From Candidatus Methylomirabilota bacterium (GTDB lineage Bacteria > Methylomirabilota > Methylomirabilia > Rokubacteriales > CSP1-6), in NCBI GenBank assembly GCA_035762565.1, contig DASTOJ010000305.1, positions 6,835-70,834 on the forward strand: a stretch of 64,000 nucleotides of DNA, in the 5' to 3' direction. A program made the position numbers and the translations under genes. Under the pieces are notes generated by a model. It worked only from the letters and a program-made list of their open reading frames with translations, did not search any database and had not been told where the DNA came from. Of the stretch, positions 1 to 9,347 are shown piece after piece (position 1 is the first letter of the stretch; every line of letters begins with the position of its first letter).

Positions 1-92
1 GACGGGTGCCCCGTTCCTGACGAAGCCGTTCGATCTGAGGGACGTCCGGAATGTGGTCCGCCGGCAGTTGGTGATCCACGGCGCGCCCCCGC

Positions 93-1526
93 TCACGACC
101 GCGGGAGGAGGACGGTGAAGCGGCTCCCCTCTCCTTCGCGCGACTCGGCGGTCACGCGACCTCCGTGAGCGTTCGCCACGCCCTGGACGATCGCCAGGCC
201 CAGGCCGGTGCCCCCGCGGTCTTGGTGTGCCTGTCGGTAGGGGTCGAAGATGCTCGGCAGGGCATCAGCGGGGATGCCCATGCCCGTATCCTCGACTTGG
301 AGCTCGAACTCCGGGCTCGCGTCGATGATCCGCACGATGACGCGCCCGCCGCGCGGGGTGAAGCGGATCGCGTTGGCGCCGAGATTGACCACGAGTTGGT
401 AGAGCCGTTCCTCGTCGCCGAGGTACACGAAGTGCGATCCGTAGCGCTCGCGATCCAGAGCGACACCCGCCTCCTCGGCCTGAGGGTGAAGCTCCTCGAC
501 GACGCGGTCCACGAGCCCCGCGAGGTCGAGCGGCTTCCGGTCGAGCTCCACGAGCCCGGCCCGGAGGCGCGACATCTCGAGGATCTGATTGGTGAGCCCG
601 AGCAGCCGCGCGGAGCTCTGCCCGATGATGTTGGCGAGGCGCTTCTGACTCTCCGTGAGCGGGCCGGGGGCGCCGTTGTGCAGGAGGTCGACGGCGCCTC
701 GAATCGACGTGAGCGGCGACCGGAGCTCGTGTGAGACTGTCGCGAAGAACTCCCGCTTCGTCTCCTCCATCTGGTGCAACTGGCTCGCCATCGAGTTGAA
801 CGAGCGCGCGAGCGCCCCTATCTCGTCGCGGCTCTCGACCGCGATGGGCTCACGGAACGCGCTCGCGGCGACTGCCGCCGTGGCCGAGGACAGCAGGGCG
901 AGGGAGCGAGTCATCCGTCGAGCGATGATGGCCGTTCCGACCAGCGCCAGCGCGACCGCCACGCCCAGCGCGAACAGCACCGCGGTCCACGTACGCGCCT
1001 CGAGGCGATCGGCATCGTCCTGCGCCGCGAGGACCCGCGCGCGGGTCGCCGCCATCAGCCCGTCGAGGCTCGCCCGGACCCGCTCGGCGAGCACCGGCGC
1101 GGCGGCGTCCGTCAAACGCAGGGCGCGTGCGCGGTGGCCGCGCCGGAGAAGGGCGTGCTCCTGGGCGACGATGCGCCGGTACTCCTCGAACGCAGCGCTT
1201 GCCTCGCGGAGGTGCCGAGCCTCCCGCTCGCTCAGCGTGTACGTGGCGAGGCGCTCGAGGTCCTCGGCCATCTGCGCCGCCAGCTTTGTCCACGCCGTTG
1301 CATAGCGCGGGTCGCCCAGCACCACCGCACGAGCCTCGAGCCCCAGGAGCGGGGGAATCGCCTCGAGGGCGGATGCCGTGATGCTCAGTGCGGGAATCGC
1401 GCGAGTCGCGATCTCCCGGTTGGCGGACACCAGACGGCCCACCGCACTGAGGCTCAGGGCGCTGACGCCCGCAAGCACGACGATCACGAGGGCGGAGGCG
1501 AGGAAGATCTTGGAGCTGAGCCGCAT
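93..1526 (-). CDS. Sensor histidine kinase: two TM segments, HAMP, HisKA (FFATVSHELRSPL), HATPase_c. Start chosen at the internal Met (MRLSSKIFLASALVIV...), upstream of which the ORF is GC-rich junk.
   Basis: ORF 93..1748 minus. H-box HELRSPL and a C-terminal N/G1/G2-like ATPase region (DTGMGIP, GGTGLGLAIV) are readable in the translation. Confidence 0.8.
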   Translation of the reverse strand: MRLSSKIFLASALVIVVLAGVSALSLSAVGRLVSANREIATRAIPALSITASALEAIPPLLGLEARAVVLGDPRYATAWTKLAAQMAEDLERLATYTLSEREARHLREASAAFEEYRRIVAQEHALLRRGHRARALRLTDAAAPVLAERVRASLDGLMAATRARVLAAQDDADRLEARTWTAVLFALGVAVALALVGTAIIARRMTRSLALLSSATAAVAASAFREPIAVESRDEIGALARSFNSMASQLHQMEETKREFFATVSHELRSPLTSIRGAVDLLHNGAPGPLTESQKRLANIIGQSSARLLGLTNQILEMSRLRAGLVELDRKPLDLAGLVDRVVEELHPQAEEAGVALDRERYGSHFVYLGDEERLYQLVVNLGANAIRFTPRGGRVIVRIIDASPEFELQVEDTGMGIPADALPSIFDPYRQAHQDRGGTGLGLAIVQGVANAHGGRVTAESREGEGSRFTVLLPRS

Positions 1527-1927
1527 GCCCAGCCCCTCGTCAGGACTCAGCGGATCGGTCCACCCGAGCGCTCGGCGGCGAACCCAGCGCTCGGCGGCGC
1601 GCGGGCGCGGAGCAGGCATGACCTCGCCAGAGCAGTCCATGGCAGGACTCCACAGCAAATCCAATACCGGAGTGAATCTCCAGTAGATCAGTAGCTTGTA
1701 CGCCACTGGCTGGAGCTCATCTAGAGAGTCCCCGACCGGACCGATCATTCTAGAGCCAGTGCTACCCCGCGCTGCGGGCGCGGTGGTTGCGGTGTTCGAC
1801 TACCCAGCTCCAGTTCAAGAGGTTGCCGAATGTCGCGACCCTCGGGTGCGGCGCGCACGCCTCACGTGGGATGATGTCACCACGCTCGGGGGGCCGTCAC
1901 GTGCGCGTCGGAACCCGCGGCGAACAC

Positions 1928-2560
1928 ATGACTGATCCGATCGCGGAACTCTACGCCGTCCCGCCCAGCGCGTTCACCCGCGCGCGGAACGCCAAGGTCG
2001 CGGCGCTCGAGAAGGCGGGGCGCGAGGCGGACGCCCGCGCGGTCCGGCAGCTCCGTCGCCCGCCCGCCGGCCTCTGGGCCGCCAACCAGCTCGCCCGTGC
2101 CGCGCCCGAGCAGCTCGAGGCGCTGGCCGACGCAGTGGACCGAGCGCGCCGTGCCCAGCTTCGTGACCCGCGCGCCGCCGGCGAGGCGGTGCAGCGTCTC
2201 CGGGCCGACCTGGAGGTGCTCGTCGTCCGCGCCGGCCAGCTCCTGACCGAGCATGGTTACCACCCCACACCGGCCACGCTGCGCCGGATCTCCGACACGC
2301 TGATTGGGGCCTCGTCAGACCGCCGGTTCGCGCAAGACCTTCGCCGTGGACGACTGACCACGGAGCTGGCGCCCCCCGGGTTCGAAATCCTCGCGGGCGC
2401 GGACCAGCCTCGGGCTCCCCGGGTCGTGCGAGGCGGCAGAGAGCAGGCCCCGCCGCCGGCCCGTCAACGCCACGAGGAGCGCCGCGCTCAGGCCGAGGAG
2501 GTGCGACACGCCGAGCGCGAAGCCGCCGGCCGGAAGGCACTTCGAGTCGCCAAGCGGTAG
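1928..2560 (+). CDS. Hypothetical protein (210 aa), Arg/Ala-rich and helical. Start at MTDPIAELYAVPP.
   Basis: ORF 1787..2560. An internal ATG at 1928 is followed by a coherent sequence. No family recognised. Confidence 0.4.
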   Translation: MTDPIAELYAVPPSAFTRARNAKVAALEKAGREADARAVRQLRRPPAGLWAANQLARAAPEQLEALADAVDRARRAQLRDPRAAGEAVQRLRADLEVLVVRAGQLLTEHGYHPTPATLRRISDTLIGASSDRRFAQDLRRGRLTTELAPPGFEILAGADQPRAPRVVRGGREQAPPPARQRHEERRAQAEEVRHAEREAAGRKALRVAKR

Positions 2561-2621
2561 TTGCGCTATACCAGGGCGGCGTCTCCACCGGCGAGAGGCC
2601 GTGACGGTCTCGTTGCGGAGA

Positions 2622-2696
2622 TGGTGGCGGTGGGAGGAATTGAACCTCCGACACGGGGCTTATGAGACCCCTGCTCTGCCGCTGAGCTACACCGCC
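2622..2696 (-). tRNA. tRNA-Met (anticodon CAT), elongator-type. Could alternatively be tRNA-Ile2 (lysidine-modified CAU).
   Basis: Reverse complement reads GGCGGTGTAGCTCAGCGGCAGAGCAGGGGTCTCATAAGCCCCGTGTCGGAGGTTCAATTCCTCCCACCGCCACCA. The cloverleaf is complete: 7-bp acceptor GGCGGTG/CACCGCC, D-arm GCTC..GAGC, anticodon loop CTCATAA, T-arm GGAGG-TTCAATT-CCTCC, encoded CCA. The 1:72 pair is G:C and the anticodon-stem 31:39 pair is T-G, not the three consecutive G:C pairs expected of an initiator, which argues against an initiator tRNA. Confidence 0.85.
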
Positions 2697-2824
2697 GTGG
2701 CTGGAGACCGCACGGAGTTGCGGGAGGGGATTTTACCGTAAGCTGGGGCCGGCTGCCGCGTTCTCCGAACGGTGCGATAATCACGGGCCGATGGCGGCCC
2801 CGGCGTGCGCAGGAGGGATGTCAG

Positions 2825-2849
2825 TGGCGAAACCTTTGCTATATAATCC
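2825..2849 (+). promoter_or_regulatory. Candidate sigma54 (-24/-12) promoter TGGCGA-N5-TTGCT. A TATATAAT / extended -10 (TGcTATATA) overlaps it.
   Basis: TGGC at 2825-2828 and TTGC at 2836-2839 give the canonical GG-N10-GC spacing, about 55 nt upstream of the ATG at 2896. An NtrC-type activator is encoded 5 kb away. Confidence 0.35.
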
Positions 2850-2895
2850 GCGCGGCTCATACGTCTGGCCGGGTACGGCTCGGAGGAACCTTCAC

Positions 2896-3192
2896 ATGCT
2901 GTTCCGCACGCATCCTTGGCAAGACGGACCTGTGCTCCGCAGCAACGACGTCGAGGACGACGACGGGTTCGACGACGAGGTGCTGGACGACGACGCCGAC
3001 GACGAGCTCGACGACGACGAAGACGAGGAAGACGTGCTGGAGACCGACGAGACCGACGAAGCCGACGAGGACGACGAGGACGACGACGAGCTGGACCTGG
3101 ACGACGACGAGCTCGAGGAGGAGGAGGAGGAAGAAGACGACGAGCTTGACGACGACGAGCTCGAGGACGAGGAAGACGACGACGACAAGTAG
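2896..3192 (+). CDS. Hyper-acidic small protein (98 aa, about 70% Asp/Glu, e.g. DDDELDLDDDELEEEEEEEDDELDDDELEDEEDDDDK).
   Basis: ORF 2791..3192. Start chosen at the ATG at 2896, preceded by GGAGGaacc (an RBS, 8-nt spacing). Low-complexity GAC/GAG codon repeats. The antisense poly-Ser ORF is rejected. Confidence 0.5.
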   Translation: MLFRTHPWQDGPVLRSNDVEDDDGFDDEVLDDDADDELDDDEDEEDVLETDETDEADEDDEDDDELDLDDDELEEEEEEEDDELDDDELEDEEDDDDK

Positions 3193-3221
3193 CTCCTCAT
3201 TCGGGTTGGGAGGCGCTTGCA

Positions 3222-3965
3222 ATGGCACTACTCAGTGGTGACGGCTGGCTGTTCCTCCTGCGGTGGTTTCACTTCCTGGCGGGGATCACGTGGATCGGGA
3301 TGCTGTACTACTTCAACTTCGTCCAGACGCCCTTCTTCGGCAGCAAGTTCGTCGCCGACAACGCAGCCGTGCGCAGCGGGATCGTGCGCGGCGGGCTGCT
3401 GAACTCGGCCCTCTGGTGGTTCCGGTGGGGCGCGATGTTCACCTTCATCACGGGCTGGCTCTACATCCTGCACATCGCCTTCGCGCAGTACGGCGGGATC
3501 GGCGGCTTCTTCGCGACCTCGTACGGCTGGAAGATCTTCTTCGGAGGCATGCTGGGTACCGTGATGTGGGCGAACGTCTGGTTCGTGATCTGGCCGGCCC
3601 AGCAGATCGTGATGCGCTCGGCCGAGCAGGTGGCGACCGGCGGCCAGGCCGTTCCCGACGCGGCGGCGCGCGGCGCGCGGGCCGGCGTCGCCTCCCGCAC
3701 CAACACGATGCTGTCGATCCCGATGCTGTTCTTCATGGGCGCGGCGTCGCACCTGCGGATGCCCGATCCGGCCGGCGGCGGGGCGCAGTGGGCGGCGTTG
3801 ATCCTGCTGGCCATCGTCATCGTGGCGGTCGAGATCAACGCGCTGGCCGGCCCGGCCAGCCCCGCGACGGGCGGCAAGAAGGTCCTCGCCACCGTCAACG
3901 GCACGTTCTGGGCGGGATTCGTGCTCACCGCCATCCTGTATTTCGGGCTGGAGATCATCCTCTAG
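3222..3965 (+). CDS. Integral membrane protein (247 aa, about 6 TM) containing the W/F/H-rich motif WFHFLAGITWIGMLYYFNF. Family not confidently assigned.
   Basis: ORF 3222..3965. Strongly hydrophobic periodic segments. It starts 30 nt after the acidic-protein stop, so the two are probably co-transcribed. Confidence 0.6.
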   Translation: MALLSGDGWLFLLRWFHFLAGITWIGMLYYFNFVQTPFFGSKFVADNAAVRSGIVRGGLLNSALWWFRWGAMFTFITGWLYILHIAFAQYGGIGGFFATSYGWKIFFGGMLGTVMWANVWFVIWPAQQIVMRSAEQVATGGQAVPDAAARGARAGVASRTNTMLSIPMLFFMGAASHLRMPDPAGGGAQWAALILLAIVIVAVEINALAGPASPATGGKKVLATVNGTFWAGFVLTAILYFGLEIIL

Positions 3966-4028
3966 ACGAGGGCGCTCCGCCGGGCGGGCTTGGCCCCAGG
4001 ACCGAGCCCGCCTTCCTCGGCACCGGCG

Positions 4029-4349
4029 TTACTTCAGGAACGCGGCCAGCGCCGGAACATCGCCGGCCAGGTGTGGCTGGGGTGGCATGACCGATGTCGG
4101 CCGCTGGGGCCTGTAACCCTGAGGATAGGTTCCGCGCTGGATCTTCGCCTCCAGCAGCTCCCGAGATGCCCCCTTGACCGCGGGTCCCACCGGACCGGGT
4201 TGGGCCGGATCCGGCCCGTGGCAGGAGGCGCACTGGCTGAGATAGACCTGCCGCCCCCGCTCGGCCAGGGGACCGAGCGGCTCGCGCCCGCACGCGGCCA
4301 GCGCCAGGGCAGCGGCGCCCGCCGCGAGCAGGGCGCGCCCGGGCCTCAC
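4029..4349 (-). CDS. Class I c-type cytochrome lipoprotein (106 aa). Carries a CASCH haem-binding motif and a distal Met (SVMPP).
   Basis: GTG start at 4347-4349 overlaps the upstream gene's stop (GTGA). Signal peptide with lipobox LALAAC, CxxCH, and a class-I-cytochrome-like tail. Confidence 0.6.
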   Translation of the reverse strand: MRPGRALLAAGAAALALAACGREPLGPLAERGRQVYLSQCASCHGPDPAQPGPVGPAVKGASRELLEAKIQRGTYPQGYRPQRPTSVMPPQPHLAGDVPALAAFLK

Positions 4350-4927
4350 GCCAGATCGTCCGCGAGGCGGCGACGCGTGGCGGGCGTCAGCACGGTGCGA
4401 CCCCGATCGCCCGGATGGTCGGCGACGAGCGCGACCTCGGCCTCGGGAAAGAGGCGACGGGCGGCCTGGGGCAGCGCGAAACGGACGAAGTGCACGGCCG
4501 AGAGCTTGCCCAGCTCCTCGTCGGAGTGGCCGGCTTCGAACACGCCGGGGACGACGTGGGGGCCCACCTCGAGCCGCACATACCCGCCGGTGTCGATACC
4601 CAGGAGTGCGTCCAGCACGGGCCTGATCCGGGCCGACTCGCCGATCTCGATGAACATCGTCGCCGCCAGCTCCCCCACGCGGGGCAGCAGCGTGTTGTAG
4701 ACGGCGACCTCCTCGGCGACCTTGCCGTCGTCCACGAGGCGCTCGGCGCGGACCATTTCCTGGATCTGGAACCACACCGTCTCGCGGTTCTCGAACACGA
4801 AGGACAGATAGCGCCCGACGCTGACCCGGCGATCGGCCTTGAGCGCGATGACCGCGCGCCGGCGGGCGTCGCGTACCTTCTCGTACTCGTAGAGGTTGAG
4901 GATCTCGTCCGGTGCCAGGGGCTTCAT
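4346..4927 (-). CDS. DUF3501 family protein (193 aa).
   Basis: ORF 4346..5233. Start chosen at MKPLAPDEILNLYEYEKV, whose ATG overlaps the upstream gene's stop (ATGA, 4924-4927). The sequence resembles DUF3501 proteins, which are usually found next to CCG-domain Fe-S proteins. Confidence 0.65.
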   Translation of the reverse strand: MKPLAPDEILNLYEYEKVRDARRRAVIALKADRRVSVGRYLSFVFENRETVWFQIQEMVRAERLVDDGKVAEEVAVYNTLLPRVGELAATMFIEIGESARIRPVLDALLGIDTGGYVRLEVGPHVVPGVFEAGHSDEELGKLSAVHFVRFALPQAARRLFPEAEVALVADHPGDRGRTVLTPATRRRLADDLA

Positions 4928-6219
4928 GGGCCGTCGTCGAAGCCGTACGCGTGGGCGAGCACCTGGATCGGGTGCCGGGGCTCGACACCGGTGCCCTGGG
5001 CGATCTGCATCCCGGCCAGCGGGCAGTCGGTGGCCACGGTGGGCGCGCCACCGGCCCGGACCGCGTCGAAGAGAGGCTGGGCCACTCTCATCGACAGGTC
5101 GAAGTACTGCGTCTTGAAGCCCCAGGTGCCGTCGACCGCCGAGCAGCGCTCGACGACGTTCACCGCGGCGCCGGGAATGGCCCGCAGCACGTCCGCCGAC
5201 CGCGTCCCGATGTTCTGCGCGCGCAGGTGGCACGGCACGTGGTATGTGACGGCGCCCACCGGACGGCTGAAGCGCGTGTCGAGCGCGCCCTCGGCGAGGA
5301 GCCGGGCCAGGTACTCGAACAGGTCGCGCGTGTTGGCGGCGACGAGCCGCGCGTCCGCGGAGTCGTCCAGCCAGGGGTACTCCTGCTTGAGCATGTAGCT
5401 GCAGGTCGGCCCCGGGGAGACGATCTCACGGCCCTCCCGCACGGCCGCCGCCAGCGCCCGCGCGTTGTCGCGCACGAGCGCGCGGCACTCGTTCACCGCA
5501 CCGCCGTCGAGGTAAGGCATCCCGCAGCAGCGCTGGGCCGGCACGCTGACGTCGACGCCGTTGCGCTCGAGCACGCGCACGGCGGCCCGGCCGATGGCCG
5601 GGGCGTTGTACTCGACCGTGCACGTCGCGAACAGCGCGACCTTGCGCGTGGTCGCCTTGCCGCCTTCGGCCGCGGCCGGCTTCGCCGTGGACTTGAACCA
5701 GGCCGAGAACGTCTGGCGGTGGAACCTCGGCAGCTGCCGCGCCCGGTGAATGCCCGCCACCGCCTCCATGAACGCCCGGTGCACCCCCCGCTCGTTCATC
5801 CAGTTCGACAGCGGCGCCGTCAGGCTCCCCAGCTTGCCGACGAGGTTGGTGTTGCCGAGCATCCGGTCCTGGAACGACACCCCGGCCCGCCGCGCCTCCG
5901 CCGCCCGCGCCCGCAGCATCAACCGCGGGAAGTCCACGGCCCACCGGTGCGGCGGCGTGTACGGACAGTGGTTGTAGCAGAGCTTGCATTGGTAGCAGAG
6001 ATCCACGACCTCCTTGACATCGGACGCCGGCAACTTCTCGACGTCCCCGTCCACCGCCTCGACGTCCAGCCGATCGAACATGACCTTGAACGACGGACAC
6101 AACGGCAAACACCGCCGGCACCCCGCGCAAATGTCATAGACCCGCCTGAGCTCCGTATCGACCCGGCCGAGGTCCCAGAACTCCGGCCGCCGAAGGTCGA
6201 GCGCCGGATCGTCAGACAC
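4924..6219 (-). CDS. (Fe-S)-binding oxidoreductase subunit: two 4Fe-4S ferredoxin motifs (CAGCRRCLPLCP, CYQCKLCYNHCP) plus two CCG cysteine-rich domains. GlcF / GlpC / heterodisulfide-reductase-D-like.
   Basis: ORF 4924..6219, 431 aa. CxxCxxCxxxCP appears twice, followed by CCG-type Cys clusters (ATCTVEY..CCGMPY, HVPCHLRAQ..CSAVDGTWGF..DCPLAG). Confidence 0.8.
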   Translation of the reverse strand: MSDDPALDLRRPEFWDLGRVDTELRRVYDICAGCRRCLPLCPSFKVMFDRLDVEAVDGDVEKLPASDVKEVVDLCYQCKLCYNHCPYTPPHRWAVDFPRLMLRARAAEARRAGVSFQDRMLGNTNLVGKLGSLTAPLSNWMNERGVHRAFMEAVAGIHRARQLPRFHRQTFSAWFKSTAKPAAAEGGKATTRKVALFATCTVEYNAPAIGRAAVRVLERNGVDVSVPAQRCCGMPYLDGGAVNECRALVRDNARALAAAVREGREIVSPGPTCSYMLKQEYPWLDDSADARLVAANTRDLFEYLARLLAEGALDTRFSRPVGAVTYHVPCHLRAQNIGTRSADVLRAIPGAAVNVVERCSAVDGTWGFKTQYFDLSMRVAQPLFDAVRAGGAPTVATDCPLAGMQIAQGTGVEPRHPIQVLAHAYGFDDGP

Positions 6220-6386
6220 GGACGCCGCCGATCGCTGAATGCATCATGGTCGAGTGCGCATGGACCGAGGAGTCAATCAGCTCCCACCGAGGGCGCGAGG
6301 GGCGGGCGGCGGGCGCCCGCGTCCAGAATCACACGGAACGGCGAAAGCCCCCGGCCCCGCCCGCCCCTCGCGCCCGGGGATGGAAG

Positions 6387-6836
6387 CTAGATCGCCTCCG
6401 CCGGCTCCTTGCCCGCGATCTGCGTCAGGCCTTTGCCGAACCGGCCGGCGTGCGACTTCTCGGCCTTGGCGAGCGTCTCGAACCACTCCGCCAGCTCGGC
6501 AAACCCCTCGTCGCGCGCGGTCTTGGCCATGCCCGGGTACATCTGCGTGTACTCGTAGGTCTCGCCCGCCACCGCGGCCTTGAGGTTCTTCTCGGTCTTG
6601 CCGATGGGCTCGCCGGTGGCCGGATCGCCGACCTCCTTGAGGAAGTCGAGGTGCCCGAAGGCGTGCCCGGTCTCGGCGTCCGCGGTGTCCTTGAAGAGTC
6701 CGGCGATGTCAGGGTAGCCCTCGATGTCGGCGACCCGCGCGAAGTAGAGATAGCGGCGGTTGGCCTGCGACTCGCCGGCGAACGCTTCCTTCAGGTTCTC
6801 GAAACTCTTAGTCCCCTTGAGGCTTTGCCCTGGCAT
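6387..6836 (-). CDS. Rubrerythrin / ferritin-like di-iron protein (149 aa).
   Basis: Motifs [13 protein letters not shown] and [25 protein letters not shown] are typical of the rubrerythrin N-domain; no rubredoxin tail is present. Confidence 0.8.
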   Translation of the reverse strand: MPGQSLKGTKSFENLKEAFAGESQANRRYLYFARVADIEGYPDIAGLFKDTADAETGHAFGHLDFLKEVGDPATGEPIGKTEKNLKAAVAGETYEYTQMYPGMAKTARDEGFAELAEWFETLAKAEKSHAGRFGKGLTQIAGKEPAEAI

Positions 6837-7311
6837 AGCTCCTCCTTGCTGGTGGACGGGTGAGGCCGCCGCCGCGCCGGCAGGCGCCGCAACGGCCGTA
6901 AAACTCGATGCGCTGGGTCAGGACCTCGAAGCCCGTGCGGGACGCCACACAGGTGCGCACGCCTGGCGCGGCGAGCGCCGGCACGTCGTAGATGCGCCCG
7001 CACGCCACGCAGGTGAAGTGGTCGTGGGGGGCAATGTTGCCGTCGAACCGCATGCCGGCGAGGTCGGCGCGCTCGTTCAGAAGGCCCTCGGCCGCCAGCA
7101 TCCGGAGGTTGCGGTACACCGTGGCCAGGCTCACGCGCGGCAGGCGCCGCCGCACCAGCCGGTAGACGGCCGCCACCGACGGATGCGCGTCGCTGGCGCG
7201 CACGGTGTCGAGGATCAGCCGGCGCGGGCGGGTGAGCCGTTTGCCGCGGGCGCGCAGCGCCGCCGCCTGTCCGTCCTCCCCGGCCGGCCCCTTCTTGGTA
7301 ATCATTCGCAT
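6808..7311 (-). CDS. Fur-family transcriptional regulator (PerR-like), 167 aa.
   Basis: Winged-helix N-terminus (RLTRPRRLILDTVRASDAHPSVAAVYRLV), then HDHFTCVACG and a C-terminal CxxC. The 3' end overlaps the rubrerythrin start, suggesting an oxidative-stress pair. Confidence 0.75.
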   Translation of the reverse strand: MRMITKKGPAGEDGQAAALRARGKRLTRPRRLILDTVRASDAHPSVAAVYRLVRRRLPRVSLATVYRNLRMLAAEGLLNERADLAGMRFDGNIAPHDHFTCVACGRIYDVPALAAPGVRTCVASRTGFEVLTQRIEFYGRCGACRRGGGLTRPPARRSYARAKPQGD

Positions 7312-7328
7312 TTGAGTGGCCGGGGCGG

Positions 7329-7358
7329 ATTGTACCGGCGGCCCCGGGGCGATGTCAA
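7329..7358 (-). promoter_or_regulatory. Near-consensus sigma70 promoter on the minus strand upstream of the fur-like gene: -35 TTGACA, 18-nt spacer, -10 TACAAT.
   Basis: Plus strand reads ATTGTA (7329-7334) and TGTCAA (7353-7358). The -10 lies about 18 nt upstream of the fur ATG, so the leader is very short. Confidence 0.4.
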
Positions 7359-7394
7359 TCGCCGGCGCCCGCCGGAGCTAGTGGACGCTGGTCC

Positions 7395-7853
7395 TCATCG
7401 CAGCCCCCGGGCTTCCATGAGCGCCGTCGTCCGGCGCCACGTGCCGGTCAGCACGTCGTCGAGCGCGGCCTCGGCGCGATAGGCGGCGATCGTCGCCGAG
7501 ACCTGCTCGCGGGCGGAGTCCGCCTGCCCCGCCCTGGCGCGCGCCTCGGCGGCGGCGCCGAGCGTTTGCTGCGCGCGGGCGAGCGACGACAGCATCGAGC
7601 GGGCGGCCCCCAGTTGCACGTGGAGCGCCGCCGGCCGGGCGGCCGGCTCGGCGACCGCAACCGTGCACCGGGCCGGGGCGGCGCTGATCGAGGTCGCCAG
7701 CACGATCTCCGGACGCCAGAGCGCGACGCCGGCGGGCGTCTTGAGTCGGCGGCGAGGCGAGGCGAGGTGGAGGGGAAGCGGCGACGCGATGCTCATGGCC
7801 ATCGAACACGGCAACGCGGATGCCACACCGCGCGCGCCGCAAGCCCGCGTCAT
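7395..7853 (-). CDS. Possible hypothetical protein (152 aa, Ala/Arg-rich). Low confidence.
   Basis: The only ORF of any length in the 566-nt gap between the fur promoter and the response-regulator stop. GC3 is high, but an overlapping plus-strand 88-aa ORF is equally GC3-rich. No motif recognised. Confidence 0.2.
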   Translation of the reverse strand: MTRACGARGVASALPCSMAMSIASPLPLHLASPRRRLKTPAGVALWRPEIVLATSISAAPARCTVAVAEPAARPAALHVQLGAARSMLSSLARAQQTLGAAAEARARAGQADSAREQVSATIAAYRAEAALDDVLTGTWRRTTALMEARGLR

Positions 7854-7877
7854 GGCGGGCCTTGGTATATCGACAAT

Positions 7878-9293
<1,416 letters not shown>

Positions 9294-9347
9294 CTGGCGC
9301 CATGGTAGCACTTCCAGTAGACTCTCCATCTCAGGAGGACCGACCGA

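Noticed and set aside
2622-2696. Possibility that the tRNA is an initiator tRNA-fMet, or marks a genomic island
   Set aside because: The 1:72 pair is G:C and the anticodon-stem 31:39 pair is T-G rather than the three consecutive G:C pairs expected of an initiator. No integrase, direct repeat of the tRNA 3' end, or compositional shift is visible nearby.
2892-3200. Minus-strand ORF encoding a poly-Ser protein (SSSSSS...)
   Set aside because: It is the antisense reading of the GAC/GAG-repeat acidic-protein gene. It is low-complexity, has no RBS, and the sense strand has the sigma54/RBS context.
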